Shown here: positions 1 to 9,017 of the stretch, piece by piece
Position numbering within the stretch: position 1 is the first letter of the stretch
How the letters are laid out: every line of letters starts with the position of its first letter
Assembly: GCA_040754595.1 (NCBI GenBank)
Contig: JBFMCH010000065.1
Location: 6,270-70,269, forward strand
Length of the DNA: 64,000 bases
Reading direction: 5' to 3'
DNA from: Bacillota bacterium
Lineage (GTDB): Bacteria > Bacillota > Desulfotomaculia > Desulfotomaculales > Desulfotomaculaceae
Made by a program: the position numbers and the translations under genes
The notes under the pieces: generated by a model
Seen by the model: only the letters and a program-made list of their open reading frames with translations
The model's database searches: none
Told to the model about the DNA's origin: nothing

Positions 1-124
1 TTTCATCCTTGGCCCCGGAAAAAAAGATGTCATAAACCATGACCAGGATCGGAATTAATAAGATGGCCGAAACAGTGACCATAATTTGAGTGGCAAAGGA
101 TGTATTTTTAAAGATCCTTAACAT
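1..124 (-). CDS. N-terminus (partial) of a membrane protein, probably a sensor histidine kinase
   Basis: Manual translation MLRIFKNTSFATQIMVTVSAILLIPILVMVYDIFFSGAKDE runs off the window edge; RBS AGGAGGTG (complement of 131-138); one TM helix; divergent from a sigma54 promoter. Kinase identity is inference. Confidence 0.55.
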   Translation of the reverse strand, partial: MLRIFKNTSFATQIMVTVSAILLIPILVMVYDIFFSGAKDE

Positions 125-170
125 AGCAATCACCTCCTAATGCATGTTAACAAACAGCTGCAGGTTGCTG

Positions 171-294
171 TGTATAAAATCATACAGAACAGTTGGTTTG
201 TTACAACAAGCACAAATGTACGTAGAATAAGAGATTGCGAATGATAACGGAGTATCACAACAGATCCCGAAGTGTATGTGTATGAAAACATACA
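171..294. promoter_or_regulatory. Two TGTAT-N6-ATACA palindromes (171-186, 279-294), candidate bEBP upstream activator sites
   Basis: TGTATAAAATCATACA and TGTATGAAAACATACA upstream of the -24/-12 promoter. Confidence 0.55.
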
Positions 295-334
295 GTTAGT
301 TTATTGTTTAGCTAGGAAAAACCCCAAAAATAAG

Positions 335-350
335 TGGCATGGTTTTTGCT
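335..350 (+). promoter_or_regulatory. sigma54 (-24/-12) promoter
   Basis: TGGCATGGTTTTTGCT; GG at 336-337 and GC at 348-349 match the TGGCAY-N4-TTGCW spacing. Confidence 0.8.
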
Positions 351-568
351 TGTAAGTGGGGGTAAGAGAGAATAAAAAGGATACTTCTTAAGAAAAATTC
401 AATTCATTATACCATAATGGCTAAAAGTGTTAAATGAGCAATGGTTGATTTTATACATAGTTCAGCAAAATTTTTGTTTCTGGTCCTTGTATTTGTTTGT
501 AATCAAGCAATTATTCCGGAGAGCTATGGAACAAGTCAATTTTTAATTCTCAAAGGGAGGAATGGGGC

Positions 569-712
569 ATGACCAGCGCTCAATTTGCGGCATGGGTTCA
601 GGAGAAATTTGATTCCTGCAATATTCATAATGAAATTGAGACCAGTAAAGTGATCGTGGAAGTAATGAAAAAATTTTTTTCCCTGGCAAAAGAAGAGGAA
701 GAGAACCATTAA
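569..712 (+). CDS. Small hypothetical protein, 47 aa (below ORF-track cutoff)
   Basis: GGGAGG RBS at 555-560, ATG at 569, MTSAQFAAWVQEKFDSCNIHNEIETSKVIVEVMKKFFSLAKEEEENH, TAA at 710-712. Confidence 0.6.
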   Translation: MTSAQFAAWVQEKFDSCNIHNEIETSKVIVEVMKKFFSLAKEEEENH

Positions 713-769
713 ACGGTTACACAGTAAGCAAGGTCGTATGGTGGTTTCAACAAGGGGTGAGAGTACTGG

Positions 770-1267
770 ATGCCCGAACATGCAGAAAAAAAAGTAAAAC
801 ACATTATGGTGCCCATCCAGGATTATGCAACCGTTTTTTTGGAAAACTCCCTGAGAGATGCCATGTTTGTTTTAAAAAGCACTTTCTTTGCGGGGTGTAC
901 AGCCGGGTCGCAGGCTCACCGGTCGGTCTTGGTGTTTGACAATCATAAAAAATTGGTTGGAACCTTAAGTTTTCGAGATGTTATCGCTTCATTAAAAACA
1001 CACGGCGAAGGACCCAACTACTGGGAAAGTACCTTTACTCGCTTATGTCTTTTCCAGGCCGGCAAGAAAGTGAAAGAGGTTATGAGGCCGCTGGGGGAGA
1101 TCAGGGTCAATGTAGAGGACGGTATTCTGGACGCCATTGACTTGCTGATGGACCAGGATTTGGAACTGATCCCGGTGGAGGAAAAGGGTCATATCGTTGG
1201 CATGGTCAGGACGGTTGAAATCTTTAAGGAAGTTAGCGAACTGGTTGAGGCCAATGCCTTGTCGTAA
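770..1267 (+). CDS. CBS-domain (tandem CBS pair) protein
   Basis: VKHIMVP...VLVFDNHKKLVGTLSFRD and VKEVMRP...IPVEEKGHIVGMVRTVEIF are two CBS repeats. Confidence 0.85.
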   Translation: MPEHAEKKVKHIMVPIQDYATVFLENSLRDAMFVLKSTFFAGCTAGSQAHRSVLVFDNHKKLVGTLSFRDVIASLKTHGEGPNYWESTFTRLCLFQAGKKVKEVMRPLGEIRVNVEDGILDAIDLLMDQDLELIPVEEKGHIVGMVRTVEIFKEVSELVEANALS

Positions 1268-1282
1268 CAGGGGGCGAGAGAA

Positions 1283-1660
1283 ATGAGCTTTTTGTCTTAC
1301 CCGGAGGGCACAGGAGCAGGTACAGCAAACAACGAGTTTTTCCGGCAATTAATAAGCCATCTGACAAACCATGCCGGCATTCAAAGGTCGGCAAAATTGA
1401 AAGGGGTTGTGCAAAGGGCGGTTGCAGCCGGCGATTTGTGTACCGGCTATCCTCACCTTAACAGGGATGTGGTCATGGCCGGCATGCTGCTGTTCCCTCT
1501 GATCAGGGAAGGATACCTTCCGGGCGGCCTGCAGGGGGCTATGGGGGTTCTTGGGGGTATGGAAGTGGAGGAGAGATTTAAGATCCTGCAAGTTCTCGTG
1601 TCTGCGCAAACGGATTTTGCCCGGGGCGAGGCAAAGATAGTCCGATATTTCTACCATTGA
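1283..1660 (+). CDS. Hypothetical protein resembling a degenerate HD-domain helical bundle
   Basis: YPHLNRDVVMAGMLLFPL resembles the YhaM-type HD segment (LxRDLLxAGxLLHD) with HD replaced by FP. Confidence 0.55.
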   Translation: MSFLSYPEGTGAGTANNEFFRQLISHLTNHAGIQRSAKLKGVVQRAVAAGDLCTGYPHLNRDVVMAGMLLFPLIREGYLPGGLQGAMGVLGGMEVEERFKILQVLVSAQTDFARGEAKIVRYFYH

Positions 1661-2469
1661 CGGTGAATGGAGTGATGGTATTGGATAAAAATCGTTTTAA
1701 AAAAGCAAAACACAATCATTCCTGGAATCTGGAAATCGTATTAAAAGAATTACGGCAGCACAGCGATCAAGGCGGTGTCTCGCTGGAGTACCTGGCCCTG
1801 GCATGCGGGGTAAGCACCAGGCAGATCTACCGCTATCTCAGAGAACTGCAAAGCTTGGGATACGAAATTCTAAAGACGGTTTCTCATGATTCAGAATGTT
1901 CCGGCGGTTACACCCTGAAGGAACCTGATTCGGAACATCACGAAGAATTGCCGCTGCTTAATCTGCTGGATGACTTGGAAAAACAAAAAAATCAAATCCT
2001 GCTTGCAAAAACCTTTATCAAAGAATTGTTAATTCGTTTATGGATGAACAAGCTGGGCGTGGTTTTACCCTTAACCCTTCCCATCCTGGCATTTGATCAT
2101 GATGATGCGGTTACTGTGAGCCGGCAGACACTGGTTATCTCTGATCCGTCGGTGGGGGTCTACGAGGATGTGAGGATCAGGGTATCCGCCAGGGTAATCA
2201 GCAATGTTACACAAAGTTTGGCCGCTGAGATTATTGCCAAACAAAAACAAAAAGACGGCTGGTTTAACGTTCAATTAAAGACCAAAAGGATCCGGGAAAT
2301 GACCGGTTTACTGACGCAATGGGGCAGCGAAATTGAGGTTGTCGAACCCGGTTGGCTCAGGCACAGGATGTTGGAGAATTGCAAAGCCCTTCTTCATGCC
2401 AACTGGTTGAGAAAACTGGATAAAACCAATCTTTGTGTTCAGGGTAGTAAATTTCTAGTTAGTTATTAA
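1657..2469 (+). CDS. YafY/WYL-type HTH regulator with WCX-like C-terminus but no evident WYL core
   Basis: LALACGVSTRQIYRYLRELQSLGYEI (HTH_11-like); LLTQWGSEIEVVEPGWLRHRM (WCX-like); start could be ATG 1675. Confidence 0.7.
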   Translation: MTVNGVMVLDKNRFKKAKHNHSWNLEIVLKELRQHSDQGGVSLEYLALACGVSTRQIYRYLRELQSLGYEILKTVSHDSECSGGYTLKEPDSEHHEELPLLNLLDDLEKQKNQILLAKTFIKELLIRLWMNKLGVVLPLTLPILAFDHDDAVTVSRQTLVISDPSVGVYEDVRIRVSARVISNVTQSLAAEIIAKQKQKDGWFNVQLKTKRIREMTGLLTQWGSEIEVVEPGWLRHRMLENCKALLHANWLRKLDKTNLCVQGSKFLVSY

Positions 2470-2770
2470 AGAATTCATTGATGAGAGAGGGGGTGGCGAA
2501 AAGAAGTTCAGGAAGATGAACCTTGGTTGTTTTTCGGAAGAAATGTACGTTTGAACTGTTTTCAGAGACGCGATTATGCATGACATGTACCTGCTGAAGG
2601 ATTTACAGAAGACTTATTCCAACAAGTTAACCGGTTGATCATGAAATGTTCAAGCACATTTGGTATAAAACTAACTTGGGAAGCACTTTGTTTCACAAAC
2701 AAGCAAACGAAGCAGCGTATTCTTTACAGCACCTTGTCTTTAACTAAATTGATCTTTGGGGGCTATCGTT

Positions 2771-4492
2771 ATGAACATTTTAAAGTACGTACCGATCTTG
2801 GATACCTTAAAGAACTACGATAAGCGGGACTTTCGATTTGATTTAATCGCTGCGCTTACCGTAGCAGTGGTCGCTCTGCCGCAAACCATGGCCTACGCCA
2901 TGATTGCCGGTGTCCACCCGGCTTACGGCCTGTATTCGGGGATTGTCCTTACCATCATCGCATCTTCCTTCGGCAGTTCCCACCAACTGGCCACCGGGCC
3001 CACCAACGCCATTTCTCTGCTCATTGCAGCTTACATGGTGCCCTTTGTGGGGCAGGATAATTTCTTTGCCAACCTGTTCTTACTGACCTTTCTGGTGGGC
3101 GCCATCCAGTTTTTAATGGGTGTGTTACGGCTGGGTTCCCTGGTCAACTATGTATCCCACGCAGTTATCGTAGGCTTTACCGCCGGCGCCGGTATTATCA
3201 TTGCCATGGGACAGCTCAACAACCTGATGGGGATCAAGCTGCCCCAGGGGCATCTTTCCAGTATCGATAAAGTGGTCGCCTGTTTCCAAAACATTGATAA
3301 AATGAACTACGTTGCCTTTGGCATCGGACTCTTTACCATTGCGATCATCCTGATCTGCAGAAGGATTAATAAAAACCTGCCCGGTGCGTTATTGGGGGTC
3401 ATTTTCTCGGTCATTTTGGTGATGGTCCTGGGGCTGGAAAAATACGGTGTAAAAGTGGTCGGGAAAATTCCCCAGGCCGTTCCACCTTTCAGCATGCCCA
3501 ATTTTAATCCTTCAGCCATTGCTGATTTAGGCACCGGGGCGCTGGTCATTGCCATTATCGGGCTGGTGGAGGCGGTATCCATCTCCAAGGCCATTGCCTC
3601 CAAAACACTGCAAAAAATCGACCCCAACCAGGAGTTTATCGGCCAGGGCATGGCCAACATGGGCGGCGCCTTCCTAAGCAGTATTGCGGGTTCCGGTTCC
3701 TTCACCCGTTCGGCCATCACCTACCAGAACGGGGGCAGAACCAGGCTGTCCGGGGTGCTGGTGGGTTTCATCATTCTGCTGGTATTAATCTTCTTTGCAC
3801 CCTTTGCCAGGTATATCCCCAATGCTAGTCTGGCCGGGGTCATCATGGTGGTGGCTTATTCCATGATTGACAAGAAGGCCCTGGTGAAAGTGTTGAAAAC
3901 CAACCGCAATGATGCCGTTGTATTGCTGGTAACCATGCTAACCACCATCTTTGCGCCTGAACTGGAACAGGCCATTTACGCCGGTGTGGCCATTTCTCTG
4001 ATCCTCTATCTGAAAGACTCCGGCGTGGCCAGCGTGAAAACCCTGGCTCCCGTCAGAGCCAGTGACGGGAGATTTGTGGAGCAGACCATTAACGGCGAGA
4101 GTCCCTCCATTGCCATTTTCCAACTGGAAGGCAACCTTTATTTCGGCTCTGCTTCCGATTTGGAAAAGAAGCTAACGGATAATTATTCGGATTCCCAGGT
4201 ATTTCTGATCCGTTTTAAAGGTGTTTCGGTGATCGACATTACTGCCCTGGAGGTTATTGAGGCCTTCATTAACAGGGCCCTGGGTGGTAACAAGAGAGTC
4301 ATGATGTCAGGTGTTACACCGAAAATCTATAAAATGCTGGAGAAAATGCACATTGTTGATCACGTGGGCAAAGACAATATCTTTATGGAAGATGATGAAG
4401 TATTCGCCACTTCCGGCAAAGCCCTGGACGAAGCCAGTTCCTTTGTACGTAATGTCAGCTACAGCTCGCAGGAAAGAGCTGTCCAGGCATAA
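2771..4492 (+). CDS. SulP/SLC26 family anion permease with C-terminal STAS domain
   Basis: DLIAALTVAVVALPQTMAYA, GLYS, ATGPT, PNQEFIGQG, GSFTRSA motifs; LEGNLYFGSA STAS; ATG 2771 chosen over TTG 2756. Confidence 0.92.
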   Translation: MNILKYVPILDTLKNYDKRDFRFDLIAALTVAVVALPQTMAYAMIAGVHPAYGLYSGIVLTIIASSFGSSHQLATGPTNAISLLIAAYMVPFVGQDNFFANLFLLTFLVGAIQFLMGVLRLGSLVNYVSHAVIVGFTAGAGIIIAMGQLNNLMGIKLPQGHLSSIDKVVACFQNIDKMNYVAFGIGLFTIAIILICRRINKNLPGALLGVIFSVILVMVLGLEKYGVKVVGKIPQAVPPFSMPNFNPSAIADLGTGALVIAIIGLVEAVSISKAIASKTLQKIDPNQEFIGQGMANMGGAFLSSIAGSGSFTRSAITYQNGGRTRLSGVLVGFIILLVLIFFAPFARYIPNASLAGVIMVVAYSMIDKKALVKVLKTNRNDAVVLLVTMLTTIFAPELEQAIYAGVAISLILYLKDSGVASVKTLAPVRASDGRFVEQTINGESPSIAIFQLEGNLYFGSASDLEKKLTDNYSDSQVFLIRFKGVSVIDITALEVIEAFINRALGGNKRVMMSGVTPKIYKMLEKMHIVDHVGKDNIFMEDDEVFATSGKALDEASSFVRNVSYSSQERAVQA

Positions 4493-4640
4493 TTCGAGAC
4501 CCGGGAGTAACATGGTAATAAAATAAAAAAATATTATACATTTTTTAATTAATTATAACAATCCAGAAGGTTAAAAAATCTTTTTGAATTATTTTTCGTC
4601 ATTACAAGTACGAAAATAAAATAAGTAAAGAGTTCGTAAC

Positions 4641-4670
4641 AAAAAAGCGGCCTGGCGGACCGCTTTTTTT
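4641..4670. terminator. Bidirectional intrinsic terminator after sulP
   Basis: AAAAAAGCGG-cctggcgga-CCGCTTTTTTT. Confidence 0.8.
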
Positions 4671-4833
4671 AATGCTTCATAAAATTGAGATAAGTAATTG
4701 TATGATATAGATAGCAGGAGATAAATAGAAATATCTTACTTGAATGAAGCTGTACAAAATTTCACGTAACAGTTATTTTAAGACAAAGCAAAATGTCACC
4801 TCGTTTTGCAATGTTTAAAAATGTTGGGCAGAC

Positions 4834-4918
4834 AAGGTGCGAAGGAAGACTTGGCATTGGGTAGGCCGGCACAGTGTACGGAGATTTTTCCGCGCGCGTG
4901 TGCTGGCCTTTTCGTTTC
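4834..4918 (+). ncRNA. Candidate riboswitch/attenuator leader, copy L0
   Basis: AAGGTGCGAAG-gaaga-CTTGGCATTGGGTAGGCC overlaps terminator stem AGGCCGGCACA(4863-4873)/TGTGCTGGCCT(4899-4909) followed by a U-tract. Confidence 0.55.
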
Positions 4919-4948
4919 GGCCACAGTATAGATTAAGGGGGTAGAAAA

Positions 4949-5224
4949 ATGTACGGAACCTCTAAGTGCGGCAAATGTGCCAACAAGGAAACCTGTGAAA
5001 TTCGGTTGCACCTCGGCAGCATCATCCAAGAAGCCATCAAGAATGCGGAAACGGAAGTAAAACGCCTGGCGCCCAAGGAAATTGACTATATGATTTTGAC
5101 GGACATTTCGGTGATTCCCACCCGCTGCGAGAACTATGTAAGTCTGGACGGTTTGAAAGAAGAACAAAGTGAAAGGGAAAGTTTGTTTTTCCTGGGCAGA
5201 TCCCTGGCGCCTACGGCCATATAA
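4949..5224 (+). CDS. Hypothetical 91-aa protein with CxxC-x5-C...C motif
   Basis: RBS GGGGG, CGKCANKETC plus a distal Cys, followed by a terminator. Confidence 0.7.
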   Translation: MYGTSKCGKCANKETCEIRLHLGSIIQEAIKNAETEVKRLAPKEIDYMILTDISVIPTRCENYVSLDGLKEEQSERESLFFLGRSLAPTAI

Positions 5225-5246
5225 AAAATACAAGAAAGATGTCAAC

Positions 5247-5275
5247 GCTCCTGACAAATCAGGGGCTTTTTATTT
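5247..5275 (+). terminator. Intrinsic terminator
   Basis: GCTCCTGA-caaa-TCAGGGGC-TTTTTATTT. Confidence 0.7.
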
Positions 5276-5523
5276 GACAAAGGGACTCTTTAAACCGCCA
5301 ATTTCAATGCTATCAGGAGTAGTCAGTAGTGACAAAAAAATTTATTCCCGTGGAAACATGAGCAGAAGGGCAATTGTGAGAGTACAAGTGCTGAAAATCA
5401 CAAAAACAAGGAAATATCGCCCTGTACAATAATTTCTTGTTTTATTACGCTAATAGCACAATGACAGAACAATTTGTCAATAAGGGAGTTTAACGGTTGT
5501 CATAAAAGACAGGGGGCTGGTTT

Positions 5524-5886
5524 ATGTCACAGTCCGCAATGGAAAAACGCATATGCGATGAATTTATCAAGTTCCAGAGAGAACTCGTTGGGCGGGGACC
5601 GGAGTGTACCAGGGTAATGATCTGCCGGGATATGGTGATCATCCGGTCAACCGGCGTCCTGACCAAGGAGGAAAAACATGTGAGCGGAACTCGCAAGGGC
5701 AGATCTCTGGTAAAGCAATTAAGAATGGAGTTAAGAGAAACGTACATTGAACGAATCGAAGACGTTATCCGGGAGATTACACAGTGCAAAGTCATGAGCA
5801 GCCATGGGGATATCAGTATCAGAACCGGTGAACATATCGAAGTCTTTATCCTGGATGCCGATTTGGAAAAAAAGTTTAGAAGATAA
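5524..5886 (+). CDS. DUF2294 / MpsC-like family protein (copy 1)
   Basis: KFQRELVGRGPE...DMVIIRSTGVLTKEEK...LVKQLR...ITQCKVMSSHGDISIRTGEHIEVFIL is typical of DUF2294. Confidence 0.85.
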   Translation: MSQSAMEKRICDEFIKFQRELVGRGPECTRVMICRDMVIIRSTGVLTKEEKHVSGTRKGRSLVKQLRMELRETYIERIEDVIREITQCKVMSSHGDISIRTGEHIEVFILDADLEKKFRR

Positions 5887-5912
5887 CCGGCAGGTTGAAT
5901 TCTTGTTTGATG

Positions 5913-6045
5913 AAGCTGCAAGGGTTCGCGTTGTCGGATCTCTGAAAGGTTGGTAGGCCTTACACAAAGCTGAACCTTGGTGTTGGTAGACCAGCGTTAT
6001 CAATGGGCAGGAAACTGCTTGATTGGTCGCTGGTCTTTTTATTTT
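5913..6045 (+). ncRNA. Candidate riboswitch/attenuator leader, copy L1
   Basis: GCAAGG...CCTTGGTGTTGGTAGACC overlaps terminator AGACCAGCG(5988-5996)/CGCTGGTCT(6028-6036) with a GAAA tetraloop and U-tract. Confidence 0.6.
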
Positions 6046-6161
6046 CACCGGAAGGGGGTGGGTTACCGGCAGGATTGATTTTTCAAGAACTGCCTTGTTT
6101 ACACTACTATAAACATAAGCAAGCACCTTAGTGAAAAAAAGAAAGAGAGAGGTGTGGTAGG

Positions 6162-7613
6162 ATGAACAAAAACAGTAAGCGTATTTTCTTTATATTATTG
6201 GGGTTAGGTTTGTTTTTAGCGCTTTATTTTGCTCCCCAATTCGGTCCTGCTGTGGACCCGTCCGGAAAAGCCTTTGAATTGTCTCAGGAAGGTAAGGCAG
6301 CCATTGGCTTATTCCTGCTGGCAGGTATTTGGTGGGTCTTTGAAGTGACCCCCATCGGTGTCACCAGTATTGCCATCGGTGTTTTCCAGGCCTTATTTTT
6401 CATTCGTCCGGCCAAGGATGCTTTCCGTGATTTTATGGATCCCACGGTCATGTTTATTTTAGGTTCCCTATTGATCGGTTTAGCATTTACCAAGGCCGGC
6501 GTCACCAAGAGAATCGCCTATAAAATGTTGGATGTGGTCGGTGAAGATACCCGGAAGATTTTATTAGGGGTATTTGTCGTAACGGCATTATTAACCCACA
6601 TTATGGCCCATACGGCGGTAGCCGCCACCATGTTCCCGATTTTGGTCGCCATCCTGGCCCTTTACGGCGAAAACTCCGACGGCAGGCCCACCAAGTTCGG
6701 TAAGGCTTTGTTTATCGGGATGGCCTATACGGCTGGTGCGGGCAGTATCTGTACCCTGCTGGGCGGCGCCCGTAACCCCGCGGCGGTTGGTTTCTATAAG
6801 GAATTTACCGGGATTGACGTATCCTTTATTGAATTCACCACCCACCTGGCCCCTTTTGGCTGGGCAGCGGTTTTACTGGTCTGGGCTTTACTGCTGGTTA
6901 TCTACAAACCTGAAAAAACCAAGATTCCCGGCTTACGGGAAAAGGCTCGTGCCGAATATGCCAAACTGGGACCTGTCAGCAAGCAAGAGATTTTCGTTGG
7001 CATTGTCGTCTTCTGTGCTTTGACCATGCTTGTGCTGCAGGCAATTATTCCCGCCTTAAAAACCATGGACCGTTCTGTTCCGCTGCTGGCTGCAGGATTA
7101 CTGTTCTTCCTCTCGAATATACTGACAGTGGAAGACTTGGAGAAGAAAATTCCCTGGAACATCGTCCTGCTGTTCTCCGGCGCCATGAGTATTGGTTTCT
7201 GCCTGTGGAAAACCGGCGCTGCTCAATGGATTGCCGTTAAGTGGCTGGCGATGCTGGTAAATGCTCACTGGCTGGTATTTGTACTGGGGATCTGTTTCCT
7301 GGTGCTGATCATGACCAACTTTATCATGAACGTGGCGGCCATTGCCATCACCTTGCCCGTGGCCCTGGTCATTGCCAAATACTTAGGAGTCAACCCTGAA
7401 TTGATTTTGTACGGCGCTACCGCTATGGCCGGGATGCCCTTCCTGCTGCTGATCGGCGCCGCTCCAAACGCCATGGCCTACGAGTCCAAACAATTTACCA
7501 CCGGTGAATTCTTTATGACCGGTATTCCCGCCAGTGCCATGATTCTCTGCCTCCTGGTCTTGATGACCTTTACCTACTGGCCTTTGATCGGCATGTCAGC
7601 GCTGATTAAATAG
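6162..7613 (+). CDS. DASS/SLC13 family Na+:anion symporter (copy 1)
   Basis: Polytopic membrane protein; AHTAVAATMFP, TLLGGARNPAA, IPWNIVLLFSGAMS, NFIMNVAA, LIGAAPNAMAY are SLC13-type motifs. Confidence 0.88.
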   Translation: MNKNSKRIFFILLGLGLFLALYFAPQFGPAVDPSGKAFELSQEGKAAIGLFLLAGIWWVFEVTPIGVTSIAIGVFQALFFIRPAKDAFRDFMDPTVMFILGSLLIGLAFTKAGVTKRIAYKMLDVVGEDTRKILLGVFVVTALLTHIMAHTAVAATMFPILVAILALYGENSDGRPTKFGKALFIGMAYTAGAGSICTLLGGARNPAAVGFYKEFTGIDVSFIEFTTHLAPFGWAAVLLVWALLLVIYKPEKTKIPGLREKARAEYAKLGPVSKQEIFVGIVVFCALTMLVLQAIIPALKTMDRSVPLLAAGLLFFLSNILTVEDLEKKIPWNIVLLFSGAMSIGFCLWKTGAAQWIAVKWLAMLVNAHWLVFVLGICFLVLIMTNFIMNVAAIAITLPVALVIAKYLGVNPELILYGATAMAGMPFLLLIGAAPNAMAYESKQFTTGEFFMTGIPASAMILCLLVLMTFTYWPLIGMSALIK

Positions 7614-7694
7614 CACCCCATCTCTGATACACCTGGAGCTGCCAGGTGTATCAGAAATTTGTCCTATTTCATTTAACGAGCGAGGGGATACATT

Positions 7695-8978
7695 GTGGAA
7701 GCAAACAGCCAGGTTATTTTTGCCACAGCGGTGTTTTTAATCACCTATGCCGTTATTATTTCGGAAAAGATTCACCGGGCGGTGATTGCGCTCCTGGGGG
7801 CCATGGTCATTATCCTGGGAGGCGTACTCCATCAGGAAAAAGCGGTAGAAGCGGTTGATTTCAACACCATTGGCCTGCTGGTAGGCATGATGATTATCGT
7901 AGGTGTTGCCAGAAATTCCGGTGTCTTCGAGTATCTTGCGGTCTGGGCTGCTAAAAGGAGTAAGGGTGAGCCGCTGGCCATTTTGGTATCTTTATCCGTC
8001 ATTACAGCCTGTTTGTCCGCTCTTCTTGATAACGTAACAACCGTTTTGTTGATTGTGCCCGTAACCTTTTCCATTGCCAGGGCACTGGAAATTAACCCCA
8101 GCCCCATTTTGATCTCAGAAGTTTTGGCATCCAACATCGGCGGAACCGCAACACTCATTGGTGATCCCCCGAATATTATGATTGGTTCTGCCACCGGCTT
8201 GGGGTTTATGGACTTTGTGATTAATCTTACACCGGTCATTATTGTGATTATGGCAGTTACAGTCGTTCTCCTTAAGATGATTTATCGAAAACAGTTGATT
8301 GTACGGGAAGAATTAAAGCAAAACATTATGGATTTAAACCCGGAAAACGAAATTAAAGACCCGGTATTGTTAAAGAAATCTTTGTTTGTCATCGCTTTAA
8401 CCATTGGTGGCTTTTTACTGCACCAGTACGTTCACCTGGAATCGGCTACCATCGCCCTGGGGGGGGCGGCCCTTTTACTTTTAATTACCGGTGATGATCC
8501 GGAGCATGCCCTGGCAGCCGTTGAGTGGCCCGTCATCTTCTTCTTCGCCGGACTGTTTATCCTGGTGGGCGGTCTGGAGGAAGTGGGGGTCATTGAATGG
8601 ATTGCCAGGGAGTCGCTGAAACTGACCGGGGGCGAATTGCTGCCCACCGGCATGTTAATCCTGTGGTTATCAGCCATTGCCTCGGCCTTTGTGGATAACA
8701 TTCCCTTTGTGGCCACCATGATCCCGTTAATTCAGGAAATGGGCAGGTTGGGCGGCATTGCCGACCTGAACCCGCTCTGGTGGTCTTTATCCCTGGGTGC
8801 TTGCCTGGGCGGCAACGGCACCATTATCGGCGCATCTGCCAACGTTGTGGTGGCCGGCATGGCAGAGAAGCGTGGCGTTAAGTGGACTTTCGTCGGTTTT
8901 ATGAAAGTGGCCTTTCCTCTTATGCTTGTTTCTGTCGTTATTTCAACTGTCTACCTGTATTTCTTCTTTTTAACCTAA
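7695..8978 (+). CDS. ArsB/NhaD family (ion transporter superfamily) permease (copy 1)
   Basis: SALLDNVTTVLL, SNIGGTATLIGDPPNIMI, SAFVDNIPF, GACLGGNGTIIGASAN. Confidence 0.88.
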   Translation: MEANSQVIFATAVFLITYAVIISEKIHRAVIALLGAMVIILGGVLHQEKAVEAVDFNTIGLLVGMMIIVGVARNSGVFEYLAVWAAKRSKGEPLAILVSLSVITACLSALLDNVTTVLLIVPVTFSIARALEINPSPILISEVLASNIGGTATLIGDPPNIMIGSATGLGFMDFVINLTPVIIVIMAVTVVLLKMIYRKQLIVREELKQNIMDLNPENEIKDPVLLKKSLFVIALTIGGFLLHQYVHLESATIALGGAALLLLITGDDPEHALAAVEWPVIFFFAGLFILVGGLEEVGVIEWIARESLKLTGGELLPTGMLILWLSAIASAFVDNIPFVATMIPLIQEMGRLGGIADLNPLWWSLSLGACLGGNGTIIGASANVVVAGMAEKRGVKWTFVGFMKVAFPLMLVSVVISTVYLYFFFLT

Positions 8979-9017
8979 TCATCTGGCAATCTCAGGTATT
9001 AGGGGAGTGATGTCCTC

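Noticed and set aside
536-802. 88-aa minus-strand ORF
   Set aside because: Antisense to the SD-supported 569-712 ORF and the CBS gene start; no RBS or recognisable domain.
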